A stretch of DNA of 64,000 nucleotides from a candidate division FCPU426 bacterium (GTDB lineage: Bacteria; Oederibacteriota; Muellerivitia; Muellerivitales; Muellerivitaceae). Under the pieces are notes generated by a model. It ran no database searches and was not told where the DNA came from. It was given only the letters and a program-made list of their open reading frames with translations. A program made the translations under genes and the position numbers. The stretch is from NCBI GenBank assembly GCA_963771075.1, contig CAVYSE010000025.1, positions 64,001-128,000 on the forward strand. Direction: 5' to 3'. Shown here in pieces: positions 19,190 through 29,491 of the stretch (its first letter is position 1; each line of letters opens with the position of its first letter).

Positions 19190-19474
19190 TCAGGCGGATA
19201 TACCGTATTTTTTCTTGGCCTCCGGTGTCATATTTTCAATATGTTCCAAGAGCAGGCGCGCGCGAATCCCTTTGGTCCTCCGCAATTCGCCGTCCATAGT
19301 CCCCTTCAGCCGGCCCTGCAACATGTCGGCCACTTTTCGAGGGGCATAGACGTAAATATCCACGCCATCATCTTTGTAGTTTCCGTAATCGTTCCGAATT
19401 ACTGCCATCGGCGCCAGTCTCTTCACCTCCCCTTCCATTTTTTTCGCCAGTATTTCTGCCGCGGTTTGAGGCAT
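19190..19474 (-). CDS. Hypothetical protein
   Basis: 94-aa ORF with GAGGAGG RBS. Confidence 0.65.
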   Translation of the reverse strand: MPQTAAEILAKKMEGEVKRLAPMAVIRNDYGNYKDDGVDIYVYAPRKVADMLQGRLKGTMDGELRRTKGIRARLLLEHIENMTPEAKKKYGISA

Positions 19475-19568
19475 TGCTTCGCCCTCCTCAGGTTCGTCGG
19501 AATAGTTCTCCCACTCACGCTTTTCCGTTCGACCGTGAATAGAATCTTAAAAATTTATTCAGTGATTG

Positions 19569-20435
19569 TCAACGATACCCGGCTTTTCGGAATAGATTGA
19601 GGATCCGGTCCAGTTCGTCCAGCGAGTAATATTCCAAGGTGACGGTGCCCTTTTGCTTGCCACGGGTCTTGACCGTGACCTTGGTGCCCAACCAATCGCG
19701 CAAACTTTCCTCCAACTTGGCGATATTGGGGTCTTTCCCCTTGGAACCGGTTTTACTCCGGCGGGTCGGTCCTTTTTGGTTTTGGAGCCATTGCTCCACC
19801 TCGCGCACCGAAATGCCGTGATGGAGGATCTTATCCGCCCATTTTTTTTGCTCCTGCAGGGTGGGCAGGGCCGCCAGCACGCGGGCGTGGCTTGAGGTGA
19901 GTTTGCCCGAGGCCAAATAGGCTTGCACATCGGGGGCGAGTTTCAACAGGCGGAGGGCGTTGGCCACGGTGGCGCGGTCCTTGCCGACCTTCTGGGCGAT
20001 CTGCTCCTGCGTCATTTGGAATTCTTCCTGCAGGCGGTGGTACCCTTCCGCCTCTTCAATGGGATTGAGGTCGGAACGCTGGAGGTTCTCGATCAGGGCG
20101 ATCTCCAACGATTCCACGTCGGAAGCTTGGACTTCCATGGCGGGCAGGGTCAGGAGCCCGAGCTTTTGGGCCGCGCGCCAACGGCGCTCGCCGGCGATAA
20201 TTTCCCAGCCTTCCGCCCTCTTGCGAACCACGATGGGCTGAAGTATTCCTTTTTCCCTCACCGAATTCACCAAATCCTGCAGATCCTCGGGCCGGAAAAC
20301 CTTCCGGGGCTGCAGGGGATTGGGTCGGATCTTGGAGAGCGGTATCTGTTGGACTCCGCCCTTCCGTTCCTCCATGGGCTTTTTGGGAATGAGGGCTTCC
20401 AATCCTTTGCCTAGGGCTTTTTTAGTCACGGGCAA
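19569..20435 (-). CDS. parB: Chromosome partitioning protein ParB
   Basis: ALGKGLEALI, QPRK.F, GILQPI, IIAGERRWRAA, IENLQR.DL, HTH. Confidence 0.96.
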   Translation of the reverse strand: MPVTKKALGKGLEALIPKKPMEERKGGVQQIPLSKIRPNPLQPRKVFRPEDLQDLVNSVREKGILQPIVVRKRAEGWEIIAGERRWRAAQKLGLLTLPAMEVQASDVESLEIALIENLQRSDLNPIEEAEGYHRLQEEFQMTQEQIAQKVGKDRATVANALRLLKLAPDVQAYLASGKLTSSHARVLAALPTLQEQKKWADKILHHGISVREVEQWLQNQKGPTRRSKTGSKGKDPNIAKLEESLRDWLGTKVTVKTRGKQKGTVTLEYYSLDELDRILNLFRKAGYR

Positions 20436-21183
20436 CCACCTCCTTCGTCAGGTTCAAATAGGCTTGGGCCCCGCTGGACCGAATGTCGTAAAGGATAATG
20501 GGCTTTCCGAACGATGGGGATTCGGAAAGCTGGACGTTTCGGGGGATCACCGTTTGGTAGATCTTTTCACCAAAAAACTTTTTCACTTCATCACCCACCT
20601 GGTTGGCCAGCCGGGTGCGGGCGTCGTGCATGGTCAATACCGCCCCCTCAATGGTCAACTCGGGATTAAGGCTTTCCCTCACCCGCTCAATGGTCTCCAT
20701 CAACGAGCTTAAGCCTTCCAGGGCGTAATATTCCGCTTGGATAGGGATCAAAACCGACCGCGCGGCGGTCAAGGCGTTCAGGGTCAGGAAACCCAGCGAG
20801 GGTGGGCAATCGATCAGCACGAAATCGAATGCCTCTTCCACCGATTCCAGGGATTTTTTCAGCCTCGACTCCCTCTCCTCCATGCCCACCAGTTCCACTT
20901 CCGCGCCGGTCAAATGCCCGTTGGACGGCACGCAAAAAAGCCTTTGAAGCTCGGTAGATTTAATAGCCTGAAGGATATCCGCGTCCCCCATCAAAACCTG
21001 ATAAATCGTGGGATCACACTCGTTTTTATCGATGCCGACGCCGCTGGTGGCGTTTCCCTGGGGGTCCAGGTCAATGAGGAGGGTCTTTTTCTCAATAGCC
21101 GCCAGGCAGGCGGCCAGATTCACGGTGGTAGTGGTTTTTCCCACCCCGCCCTTTTGGTTGGCGACACAAATGATCTTCTTCAT
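20422..21183 (-). CDS. parA: Chromosome partitioning ATPase ParA/Soj
   Basis: NQKGGVGKTTT, DLDPQGNAT, DCPPSLG, IPRNV.LSE.PS.G. Confidence 0.96.
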   Translation of the reverse strand: MKKIICVANQKGGVGKTTTTVNLAACLAAIEKKTLLIDLDPQGNATSGVGIDKNECDPTIYQVLMGDADILQAIKSTELQRLFCVPSNGHLTGAEVELVGMEERESRLKKSLESVEEAFDFVLIDCPPSLGFLTLNALTAARSVLIPIQAEYYALEGLSSLMETIERVRESLNPELTIEGAVLTMHDARTRLANQVGDEVKKFFGEKIYQTVIPRNVQLSESPSFGKPIILYDIRSSGAQAYLNLTKEVVARD

Positions 21184-21296
21184 GACCGTATCCTGGGTTT
21201 CATATTACAACTTTGTTTAGGAAGATGGGAAAATCGCTTCTTGGGGGCGTCACTATAACACCGGGTTGAAGACCGGGCAACGACGCCTTCGATTCC

Positions 21297-22265
21297 TTAC
21301 GGTTGACCGCCTTTGAAGAGCCCTTTAACTTGAATGGGTTTGAGAAAATAGCAGATGAGTCCAAGCAAGGAGAAAAGAACCGTACCAATCAAAAAGGTGA
21401 GAAAGGAATAGGCCAGGGCCTTATCGGGACTTAACCCGACCAGGCCGAACAGGATGATCAGCGAGCCTTCCCGGGTTCCCATCCCCAAGAAAGTGACCAG
21501 GGAGACGATGTTCACGACCGAGATGCAAAAGGCGATAAATGAGAACCCAATGATGGACAGTCCGATGGCATGGGCTAATTGCTCACAGCCCCAGAAATAA
21601 ATAAGGTAAGAAGCGGTCGTAAGAAGGATTGGAATCAAAACGGCGGGTTTGTAATAGGCCGTCATACCCTCATGGAACTCATCAAAAGCCTTGTCGGTAA
21701 TTTCCTTATGTTCTTGTTTCATCATGCGCTGGAAAACCGTTTTCAGGATGGTTCCGCCGATTTTTTGGTTGAAGGCCAGGACCGTGATGGCGAACAGTAT
21801 GACGAAAAACACCCAGACCATTTTGATCAAATTGGGGTCGACCGGCATGGGATAAAAAAGGATACCCGCCCCCCCCAGGATCAAAAGGATATAGAGATCA
21901 AACACCCGATCGACCAACACGCTCGGCATGGCCTTACCCACCGGCATTTTTAAATCTTCTTGGAGGTAAAAAATCTTGACGAAATCACCCACCCGGCCAG
22001 GGGTCACGTTTCCCCAAAAAAGACTGCCCATATAGATCAAAAAACAGTACCACACCGGATAGTTCTGACCCTGCATTTTGAGGAGGTAGCTCCATCGAAT
22101 ACCCTTCAAATAGACCATCGCGATGAAGGTCAGCAAGCATACGAAGCAGAGGGTCAGGTTCGCTTGCTTCAAAAGGAGCCAAGCGGAAGCGAGATTGTCT
22201 TTTTTAACAAAAAGAACGACCCCCAAAAGAACAAGACCGATAACAATGGGCAGGTATTTTTTCAT
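21297..22265 (-). CDS. Lysylphosphatidylglycerol-synthase-TM / flippase-like protein
   Basis: K..RW..LL, GNVTPGRVGD, DRVFD, GMGTRE. Confidence 0.85.
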   Translation of the reverse strand: MKKYLPIVIGLVLLGVVLFVKKDNLASAWLLLKQANLTLCFVCLLTFIAMVYLKGIRWSYLLKMQGQNYPVWYCFLIYMGSLFWGNVTPGRVGDFVKIFYLQEDLKMPVGKAMPSVLVDRVFDLYILLILGGAGILFYPMPVDPNLIKMVWVFFVILFAITVLAFNQKIGGTILKTVFQRMMKQEHKEITDKAFDEFHEGMTAYYKPAVLIPILLTTASYLIYFWGCEQLAHAIGLSIIGFSFIAFCISVVNIVSLVTFLGMGTREGSLIILFGLVGLSPDKALAYSFLTFLIGTVLFSLLGLICYFLKPIQVKGLFKGGQP

Positions 22266-22312
22266 TTAGAAGTGAAACCTTTAGAAGAAATGGATCAGCT
22301 CAAGGCGGGTTA

Positions 22313-23731
22313 TTATATCCGAAGCATCTTCAGCCCGACACGGGCTTTTCGCAAAAGGTCCAGGGGGGAGTGGGTGTAGGCCATGTTCTTCATGACCATC
22401 CGGGGACGAAGGTAGAAAGATTTATAGGCGTATTTTAAAAGATCGACCAGCTCTTCCCTCTTCATGTTTTCTTCCCAAAGCCGCGGCTTGAAATCGGGAG
22501 TCGGATTTTTGGCGAACTCGGCCCAGTAATCCGAATCATATCGCCCTTCCTCCAGTGCCTTGTAATAAATGGCCGTGGCGGGAAAGGGGGTCAAGATGGA
22601 AAAATGCACGAAGTCAGGGTCCAGTTCCTTGGCGAACTGTATGGTGTGAAGGGCCATTTCCCGAGTCTCGCCTGGATTGCCGATCATGAAATAGGCCAAG
22701 GTCTTCATGCCATGGTCCCGGGTCGCCTTAAAAATTCGGCGGACTTGGTCCAAATCCAGGTCTTTTAAAAGGGTCGCCAGCACCTCCTCATTGCCCGATT
22801 CCACCCCGTAGTGGATCCGATCACAACCCGCTGAAGCCAGTTCTTTCAGCATTTCCTCATCCATGCGGTCGGCCCGGGCACGGATATCGAAGGCGATCTC
22901 CATTTTTCTTTTCTTGATTTCGGAACAGATGTCAAAAACCCTTTTTCGGTTTACGTTGAAGGTGTCATCGTATATGAAGAATTCCCGGATACCCATATTC
23001 ACGCAAGCCTCCATCTCATTGACCACGCAATTCGCCGTATGGCTGCGGAACCTTCGACCCATGGTGGGCCGGTCACAGAAAAGGCACCGGTAAGGACAAC
23101 CCCGGCTCGTAAACATGGTCGTGATGGGATTATGCTTGGCCAGGATGGAATAATATTTATGGATCGGCGTTAGTTCCCTGGCAGGATAGGGCAAATGATC
23201 CAAATCCTCCACGGGAGGCGCGGGGGGATTATCCTTAATTTGATCCGTAAGGGGATCCCGATAGGCCAAACCAAATACTTGGGTCAGGGGCAACAGCCCC
23301 TCCAGGGCACCGAGGAGTTGGGTGAATGCAAGTTCCCCTTCTCCCTTGATGGCGAAATCCACTTCTTTCATGGCCAGGGTTTCCCGCGCATAAATGTGGA
23401 CGTGGGGACCGCCCATGACCACCTTGCACTTGGGATTTGCCCGTTTGGCCGCCTGGGCCACCATGCGGGCGTCGATGACCGTAAAGGTCAGGGTTTGGAT
23501 CCCCACCACATCCGGCATGATTTCCCGAATTCGGTTTTCCACCTCTTCCTGGGATACCTCCTCGACTTGGCAATCCAGAACCAGGATCTCATGAGCGGTG
23601 CGGGCCTTCGCGTAACCGGCCACGTAAAGCAGGCCGAGGGGTGGGTTAAAACCCCTCTCCTCATCCACCACGGAGGGAATGTTCGTGGTGATCATGTTTT
23701 CGCTCGGCGGGTTGACCAGCAAAACCTTCAT
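22313..23731 (-). CDS. Cobalamin-binding radical SAM protein
   Basis: PPLGLLYVA B12-binding domain, GGPH, SRGCPYRCLFC (CxxxCxxC), GVESG. Confidence 0.93.
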   Translation of the reverse strand: MKVLLVNPPSENMITTNIPSVVDEERGFNPPLGLLYVAGYAKARTAHEILVLDCQVEEVSQEEVENRIREIMPDVVGIQTLTFTVIDARMVAQAAKRANPKCKVVMGGPHVHIYARETLAMKEVDFAIKGEGELAFTQLLGALEGLLPLTQVFGLAYRDPLTDQIKDNPPAPPVEDLDHLPYPARELTPIHKYYSILAKHNPITTMFTSRGCPYRCLFCDRPTMGRRFRSHTANCVVNEMEACVNMGIREFFIYDDTFNVNRKRVFDICSEIKKRKMEIAFDIRARADRMDEEMLKELASAGCDRIHYGVESGNEEVLATLLKDLDLDQVRRIFKATRDHGMKTLAYFMIGNPGETREMALHTIQFAKELDPDFVHFSILTPFPATAIYYKALEEGRYDSDYWAEFAKNPTPDFKPRLWEENMKREELVDLLKYAYKSFYLRPRMVMKNMAYTHSPLDLLRKARVGLKMLRI

Positions 23732-23732
23732 T

Positions 23733-24596
23733 CTATCTCCCCCTCTTCACCAGCAGGTCCGCCAACAGCCCCAGGGCCGCCACCTGGAGGCCCGCCACCA
23801 ACCACAGTATGGTGACGCCGCTCAAGGATTGTCCATGGACCGCGGAGAATAAACCGCTCCCAATACCCGCCAACAAAAGAATACCGCTTAAAGGAATGAA
23901 AATCTTAAGCGGCTTGAAATACATAACGACCCTCAAAACTAACGAAAAAAAGTTGATGGTGTCCTTGATCGGGTGGATCTTCGAGGAACCGATGCGTTCC
24001 CGGTATTGGATGGGCAAGTAATGAACGATATAACCATGGCATTCCAAGGCCAAGGTCAGTGTGGTCGTAAAGGAGAATCCGTTGGGAAAAAGGCCCTCAT
24101 AACGCCCGGCGATTTTTTTGCGGAAAACTCTTAATCCCGAATTCAAATCCGGGATTTTTCGTTCGGCAAGGTAGTTCGCCCACCGGCCCAAAAGCCACTT
24201 CGGGAACCGGCGTAAAGGCGGAATGGCCGAGTTTGGCTTGACCCGGGCTCCCACCGCCATATCGGCGGTCTGGACCGATTCAAGGAGTGCCGGTAAATCT
24301 TCTGCCGGATAGGTTCCGTCGGCGTCCAGGATGGCGATGAGGTCGTACCGGGCCTGTCGAATTCCCGCCTTGAGAGAAGCCCCATAACCCCGGTTTTCTC
24401 CCATTTGAATGATCTGGGCCCCGGCTTTTTTCGCTTGCGACGCGGTTTCATCCCTGCTCCCGTCATCCACTACCAGGATTTCATGGGTAACACGGGCGGC
24501 CTTCAAATGTCGGCGTACTTCCCTGACCACCCCCGCCACCCCCCTTTCTTCGTTGTAAGCGGGAATGACGACTGAAACCGGCTCGCAAGGGGTCAT
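23733..24596 (-). CDS. Glycosyltransferase family 2 (DPM1-like) with C-terminal TMs
   Basis: VVIPAYNEE, VVDDGSRD, N.GYG, DADG. Confidence 0.92.
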   Translation of the reverse strand: MTPCEPVSVVIPAYNEERGVAGVVREVRRHLKAARVTHEILVVDDGSRDETASQAKKAGAQIIQMGENRGYGASLKAGIRQARYDLIAILDADGTYPAEDLPALLESVQTADMAVGARVKPNSAIPPLRRFPKWLLGRWANYLAERKIPDLNSGLRVFRKKIAGRYEGLFPNGFSFTTTLTLALECHGYIVHYLPIQYRERIGSSKIHPIKDTINFFSLVLRVVMYFKPLKIFIPLSGILLLAGIGSGLFSAVHGQSLSGVTILWLVAGLQVAALGLLADLLVKRGR

Positions 24597-24952
24597 TGGA
24601 GCTCCACCTTCATTTCCGTATAGTGTGGGTCGCCCTGGGCGGGGTAGAAGCTTACCCGTACCTTATAGGTCCCGGGCTTCACCCAAGGGGAAAAGGGAAT
24701 GGTGCCATAAAAGAACCAGATGTTTTTGTCCACATCCTTGGCAAAAACCAGGGTGGGACTGCCGAACGTCTCCACCACACCCACCACCTTGACCGCGTCC
24801 ATGGGAGCTTGTACCTTCGCCAAGGCAGGCTGTCCACGCTTAACCGGCATGGGTTTGATTTGGAGCGCCATCGTATCATCACGCACCCCGAGGGAGGCAC
24901 AGCCAGAAAATAGTCCCGTCAAAAGAAGCAAGAAAAACAAAATGTATCGCAT
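24593..24952 (-). CDS. Small lipoprotein
   Basis: MRYILFFLLLLTGLFSGC lipobox; beta-rich body. Confidence 0.7.
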   Translation of the reverse strand: MRYILFFLLLLTGLFSGCASLGVRDDTMALQIKPMPVKRGQPALAKVQAPMDAVKVVGVVETFGSPTLVFAKDVDKNIWFFYGTIPFSPWVKPGTYKVRVSFYPAQGDPHYTEMKVELQ

Positions 24953-25115
24953 GGGAACCATCCTAGGATATTTTGCGCAAAAAAGAACCGGCCCGAAGGG
25001 CAAAAAGAGGGGCTTATTAAATATTCAATTGTTCGAGGAATAGGAAACCCCAACGAAACAGGACAAGGGCAGGTGTGCCTGTTAGAAGAGCAAAAGGGCC
25101 CGGTAGAAAAAGCCT

Positions 25116-25700
25116 TTATTTCCCAGCCGGAGCGGGATTAGCCGCTTCCGTTTGCACGGCCGCCGCGCGCATGTTTTCCCGCTGCGCTTTCAATTGCTTG
25201 GCCTTTTCCATAAATTGGACCTTGGCCTGCCTTTGCTTGTTTTCTTCCCGCACTTCCATATAGACGAAAGCGTTGGCTTTTAAAAGCATGGTTTCCGCAA
25301 CATACGCCCCCACGCCGAAATTGACAAAAGCGGGCAGGAGAGCGGAAAGGGTCACCAAAGCAAGAAGCCAAAGGCTGGACATGGTTTGGGGAAGGCCTAA
25401 AAGGGGTTTTTGCATCATGGCCAAATAAACGACCCCCACCATCATTGCCACGATCACGATCAGGAAAAAGCCCAGCAGACGGTAGGTGGACCGGACTTTC
25501 TCATAAGTCATTTGCAGGTCCTCGGCATATTGCTTGATTGATTGTCCCCGTCCCTCTAGCTTTTCCTTCCATTGGTCGTCCCAAAGAAGGATCTTTCGCC
25601 GGAGGATCACCCCGAAGACCAGGACCGTAAAGGTCACCGTCCATGTCAGCAAAGATAATAAAAAAAACCCGATCGCTGATTCCACAGTGGGGTTTGTCAT
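25116..25700 (-). CDS. Hypothetical membrane protein
   Basis: About 3 TM segments, GGAGG RBS. Confidence 0.7.
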   Translation of the reverse strand: MTNPTVESAIGFFLLSLLTWTVTFTVLVFGVILRRKILLWDDQWKEKLEGRGQSIKQYAEDLQMTYEKVRSTYRLLGFFLIVIVAMMVGVVYLAMMQKPLLGLPQTMSSLWLLALVTLSALLPAFVNFGVGAYVAETMLLKANAFVYMEVREENKQRQAKVQFMEKAKQLKAQRENMRAAAVQTEAANPAPAGK

Positions 25701-25728
25701 GCGTCCTCCATCCTTAATATTGGTTCGG

Positions 25729-26412
25729 TTACGAATGCATCAATTGAACGGTCGCGTCCAATAGTTCCAACAGCCTTTGTTTCACTTCGTTCCATTGGGG
25801 GCCCCCGTCCCCGTTCTGCTTGGCCTGCTGCCAGGCCATGACGAGCTGGGTAAGGATCTTATCCCCTTCGGCGATGAGGGCCATACGCACCGCCATCCGC
25901 CGGTTTTCTTCTTCTTGGGCGTAATCATCCTTGAGCCGGGCGAGCATCTGGGCCTGGGCTTCCGGGCCGGGCCCCTCAGCCTGAAGGGAGGCTCGGATCT
26001 CGGCTTCCACCTTTTGCCGGATGGATGTTTCCAAGACCTTGAACAGCTCGTTTTGATCCATCGCCGGTCCTACCGGAACGGCTCCCGAAGGAGGAGGATT
26101 AGGCGCAACCGAAGCGGGCGGTTCTTTGGGTAAATATTCCGCCCAATCGGTTTCACTGGCCAACTCGGTCTTGATGCCGCGGTTTTGGCCGAATACCAAT
26201 GGCATCCATTCGTCTATTTTTTCGTGGTAGACCTTCAGGCCCACCTCTATTTCCTTCAATTCCTCCGGCGTATGGGCCAAAAGCACCAGATTATACTTGG
26301 TCATATCTTTCGGAAGCGCGGACTTCAAGTGTTCGAAGAGGCGCGGCTCCCGGACTTGGACGACCTTGAGGAAGGCTTGCCATTCGTTTTGGAGTTCGGC
26401 ACTGCCGGGCAT
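25729..26412 (-). CDS. Hypothetical protein (small N-terminal domain, Pro linker, helical C-terminus)
   Basis: 227-aa ORF with GGGAG RBS. Confidence 0.65.
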   Translation of the reverse strand: MPGSAELQNEWQAFLKVVQVREPRLFEHLKSALPKDMTKYNLVLLAHTPEELKEIEVGLKVYHEKIDEWMPLVFGQNRGIKTELASETDWAEYLPKEPPASVAPNPPPSGAVPVGPAMDQNELFKVLETSIRQKVEAEIRASLQAEGPGPEAQAQMLARLKDDYAQEEENRRMAVRMALIAEGDKILTQLVMAWQQAKQNGDGGPQWNEVKQRLLELLDATVQLMHS

Positions 26413-27977
26413 AGGGGCTCCCTCGGGGTCTCACTGATTTGTCGCAGCACTTTGGGGAACATGGGCAACAAATCCCCCGCCAACAGCCCGTCCAGACCCA
26501 TCCGCCGGGCCAGTCGTTCCCCGGCCAACCCGTGTAGGTAGACCCCGGCCGTCGCGGCGTCGAAGGGACTCAAACGCTGGGCCAACAGCCCACCGATGAC
26601 TCCCGACAGGACATCCCCCGTGCCGGCCGTGGCCAAGGCCCGATTGCCGGTCGGATTGATACGGATTTCACCCTTGGGGCTGGCGATGACCGTATGGCGC
26701 CCCTTAAGGACAAGCACCACATTATAGCCTTCGGCAATTTGCTTCGCAACTTTGAGCCGGTTTTGCTCCACTTCCGATATGCTGATTTTAAGAAGCCAGG
26801 CGGCTTCACCGGGATGAGGCGTTAAAACCACGGGAGCCCTGGCCGCCTTGAATATATCCAATTGTCCCCCCAACAGGTTGAGGGCGTCCGCGTCCACGAC
26901 CATAGGGAGCGGAAGTTTGGTCAAGAGTTCCCTGACCAATTGAGCGGTTTCCCGGTGACGGCCTATTCCCGGCCCGATGACCACCGAATTGACGTTGGTG
27001 CAAAGGTGTAAAATTCGGCCGGCCGCCCGCAGGGAAAGGAACCCTCCCTCCACCTCGGGTACCGGCGCTGTCATGGGTTCGGTGAGTTTGACCTCCAAAA
27101 TGGCGTTAAGGCTTTCAGGGCAAGCAACCGTGACCAGACCCGCCCCGATGCGCTGGGCTCCCAGGGCGCTCAAGGATGCCGCCCCCGTCAACCCCGTGGC
27201 TCCCGCCACCACCACCACCCTCCCCCGACTTCCCTTGTGGGTATAATCGTCATAATGAGGCAAAATCTTACGAACCGTTTCCCGTTCGGTTAATTCATGT
27301 TTAAGGAAAGAAGCGTTCAAGAGCTCCGATGGGAACCCGATCTCGGCCACTCTCCATTTCCCCAAAAAGGTCGGAGCGGTAGGCGAATAAAACCCAACCT
27401 TCGGCAAACCGAAGGTAACAGTCCTTTGGGCGCTCAATGTCTCTCCCAAAGGGGTTCCCGAATCGGCTGAGAGGCCGGAGGGGATATCCACCGCCACCAC
27501 CGGTTTTCCCAGACCCTTGACCAACCGGATCAAATCCTTGGCTAAGCCTTCCACCGGCCGGCTCAACCCGGTTCCCAGCAGGGCGTCCACTAGGAGATCG
27601 CATTCTTCGAGGGCCACCTGGATCGAGGGAAGTTTTTCAGATTCTTCCAAATATAGGATCGGCACTTTGGCGGCTTTGGCTTTTTGAAGTTGGCCGGCCG
27701 TCTCCTCCGCGAGTGACTCCGCGTCTCCCAGGACCACCGCGACAACGCTGGCTTTGGCGTTTTTCAAGAGGCGGGCCGCCACCAATCCGTCCCCACCGTT
27801 ATGCCCCTTGCCGCACAGAACCCCGACCGTGCGCTTGGAAAGCGGGGAATAATGCGTCTCTAATTCCCTGAACACTTCTGTTCCAGCGGATTCCATTAAT
27901 CGAGCGATCGACAGGCCATGGTCCTGGACGGCGGCCGCATCGATTTTATTCATGTCTTGGCTGGTGGCTAGTTTCAT
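26325..27977 (-). CDS. nnr: Bifunctional NAD(P)H-hydrate epimerase/dehydratase
   Basis: LMESAG, G.GHNGGDG, DALLGTG, DIPSG, HKG.RG, DADAL, TPHPGE, AGTGDVLSG. Confidence 0.95.
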   Translation of the reverse strand: MKLATSQDMNKIDAAAVQDHGLSIARLMESAGTEVFRELETHYSPLSKRTVGVLCGKGHNGGDGLVAARLLKNAKASVVAVVLGDAESLAEETAGQLQKAKAAKVPILYLEESEKLPSIQVALEECDLLVDALLGTGLSRPVEGLAKDLIRLVKGLGKPVVAVDIPSGLSADSGTPLGETLSAQRTVTFGLPKVGFYSPTAPTFLGKWRVAEIGFPSELLNASFLKHELTERETVRKILPHYDDYTHKGSRGRVVVVAGATGLTGAASLSALGAQRIGAGLVTVACPESLNAILEVKLTEPMTAPVPEVEGGFLSLRAAGRILHLCTNVNSVVIGPGIGRHRETAQLVRELLTKLPLPMVVDADALNLLGGQLDIFKAARAPVVLTPHPGEAAWLLKISISEVEQNRLKVAKQIAEGYNVVLVLKGRHTVIASPKGEIRINPTGNRALATAGTGDVLSGVIGGLLAQRLSPFDAATAGVYLHGLAGERLARRMGLDGLLAGDLLPMFPKVLRQISETPREPLCPAVPNSKTNGKPSSRSSKSGSRASSNT

Positions 27978-29491
27978 GGCGCCTCCTGGGGTTGATTTTC
28001 CATGTGGTAAGCAAAGGTAGTGAAAAACTGGGGCTCGAAGCGGAAGGCGGTGGCCTCACACCGGTTTTGAAGACCGGCATCCTCCATCACGTCCGTGAGG
28101 AGGGGCACTACCATGCTGCTTTCCTGGTGGATCACTCGACCGCCCAGGCCCTCGCGCATATGCTGGTCCACGAAGCCCAGTCTGGGCGTGTAAAAACTGT
28201 GGAGCAGCACATAGGACCCGGGTTCCGGGTTAAAGGGCAGAGTCACCAGGCGAATTTTCTTTCCCGACCAGAATTGGGTCTTGGGGATTTCGTCCGAGTA
28301 GATGACCGCCTCCGCCGGGAGGGTTTTTAGGAATTCCGCGGATCGCTTGACGTCCCCAAAGGAGTCGTTTTGTGAGATTTGCACCCCGGTGGAGTAGATG
28401 ACGCCCCAGGCGAGCATGACCGTCAAGGCCCCGTTCTTGATAAACATGCTGCGGACCGGTTTGGTCGGGTTTTCCCATCTTCCAAAGAAGAGCTCCATTT
28501 CATACCCCGCCGATACCAATACCAGCGGCAGGAATGGCAGCAGGTATCGGTCCTGGTAGGACACCGGGAAAAGCCTGGATAAAAAAAGCAGGAAATAAAT
28601 TTGAAGCAGGATTCGCCGGAAGGCCTGTCCTTCCGGGCCCTCCCGCCGGGCCATCTTGCCCAAACCCAGGAAGGACGCCCCGAGGATGAGAGGGGTGAAC
28701 ACATAAACGGGCTGTGTCAGGTAGGTGTAGAGGTGCTTGAAAAAATTCACCATGAGGAAAAAACGGTGGGGCAGAATCGGGTTGATCCCTGCCCCTTCTC
28801 GGTAGGCGTCCAGGATGAGCCCGAATTTGGGAATGAGGAAAGTCAGGGGCCCCGCCCAGGCCAGGGCCAAAAGTGCGCGTCTTTTCCAGCGTCCTTCGCT
28901 CCCCAGTTTTTCCGAAACGCTCCAAAGCCAGGGAATCAGTAAATACCCTTCCGGGCGGGTACAGGCTGAGGCCGCTCCCGCCAAGCAAGCCAGGAGCCAG
29001 GCTTGGGAGGAATTTTTTTCATGGGCCGAGGCGAGGCTTTCCAGGGCCGTCCAGAAAAAAAGGAGAAAAAGGGTATCGGGCATGACTTTCAAGGACCACT
29101 GCCAGAGCAGTGGGGCGAACAAGGCCATGGTGCAGACGATTCCCGTCATTTCGGAAGACATCCACCGGCGGGCGAAACGCCATAGGGGGATCAGAAATAA
29201 AGCGCTGGCCAGGGCCGCGAGGGCCCGTCCTCCCCAGACGCCATCCAAACCCGCCAGTTGGAAAAGGTGAAGCAGGAAAGGATAGCCTGGAAAAATCACG
29301 AAGCGGTCGTTGGGGACGAAATTCGGGGCGAAATAGGTAAGGCAATAGATCCCGTCCGTGGTTTCCGCCCTGGCGACCCTCAACATGGGAAGCCGGGTGA
29401 TCAGGGACATAAAGCCCAAAAACACGAACCATTGGGCGTCCGTTATCGTGCGGGGTTTCCAATTATTTCTTGAAGGCATGGCAATCCTCAT
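27974..29491 (-). CDS. ArnT/PMT-like (GT-C) glycosyltransferase
   Basis: DG..., PGYP, many TM, TRPEG, DRYLLP. Confidence 0.75.
   Translation of the reverse strand: MRIAMPSRNNWKPRTITDAQWFVFLGFMSLITRLPMLRVARAETTDGIYCLTYFAPNFVPNDRFVIFPGYPFLLHLFQLAGLDGVWGGRALAALASALFLIPLWRFARRWMSSEMTGIVCTMALFAPLLWQWSLKVMPDTLFLLFFWTALESLASAHEKNSSQAWLLACLAGAASACTRPEGYLLIPWLWSVSEKLGSEGRWKRRALLALAWAGPLTFLIPKFGLILDAYREGAGINPILPHRFFLMVNFFKHLYTYLTQPVYVFTPLILGASFLGLGKMARREGPEGQAFRRILLQIYFLLFLSRLFPVSYQDRYLLPFLPLVLVSAGYEMELFFGRWENPTKPVRSMFIKNGALTVMLAWGVIYSTGVQISQNDSFGDVKRSAEFLKTLPAEAVIYSDEIPKTQFWSGKKIRLVTLPFNPEPGSYVLLHSFYTPRLGFVDQHMREGLGGRVIHQESSMVVPLLTDVMEDAGLQNRCEATAFRFEPQFFTTFAYHMENQPQEAP

Noticed and set aside
26325..26412. 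88-nt overlap between nnr and the next gene as a functional feature
   Set aside because: The nnr tail past the conserved end is low-complexity; more simply a lost stop or indel
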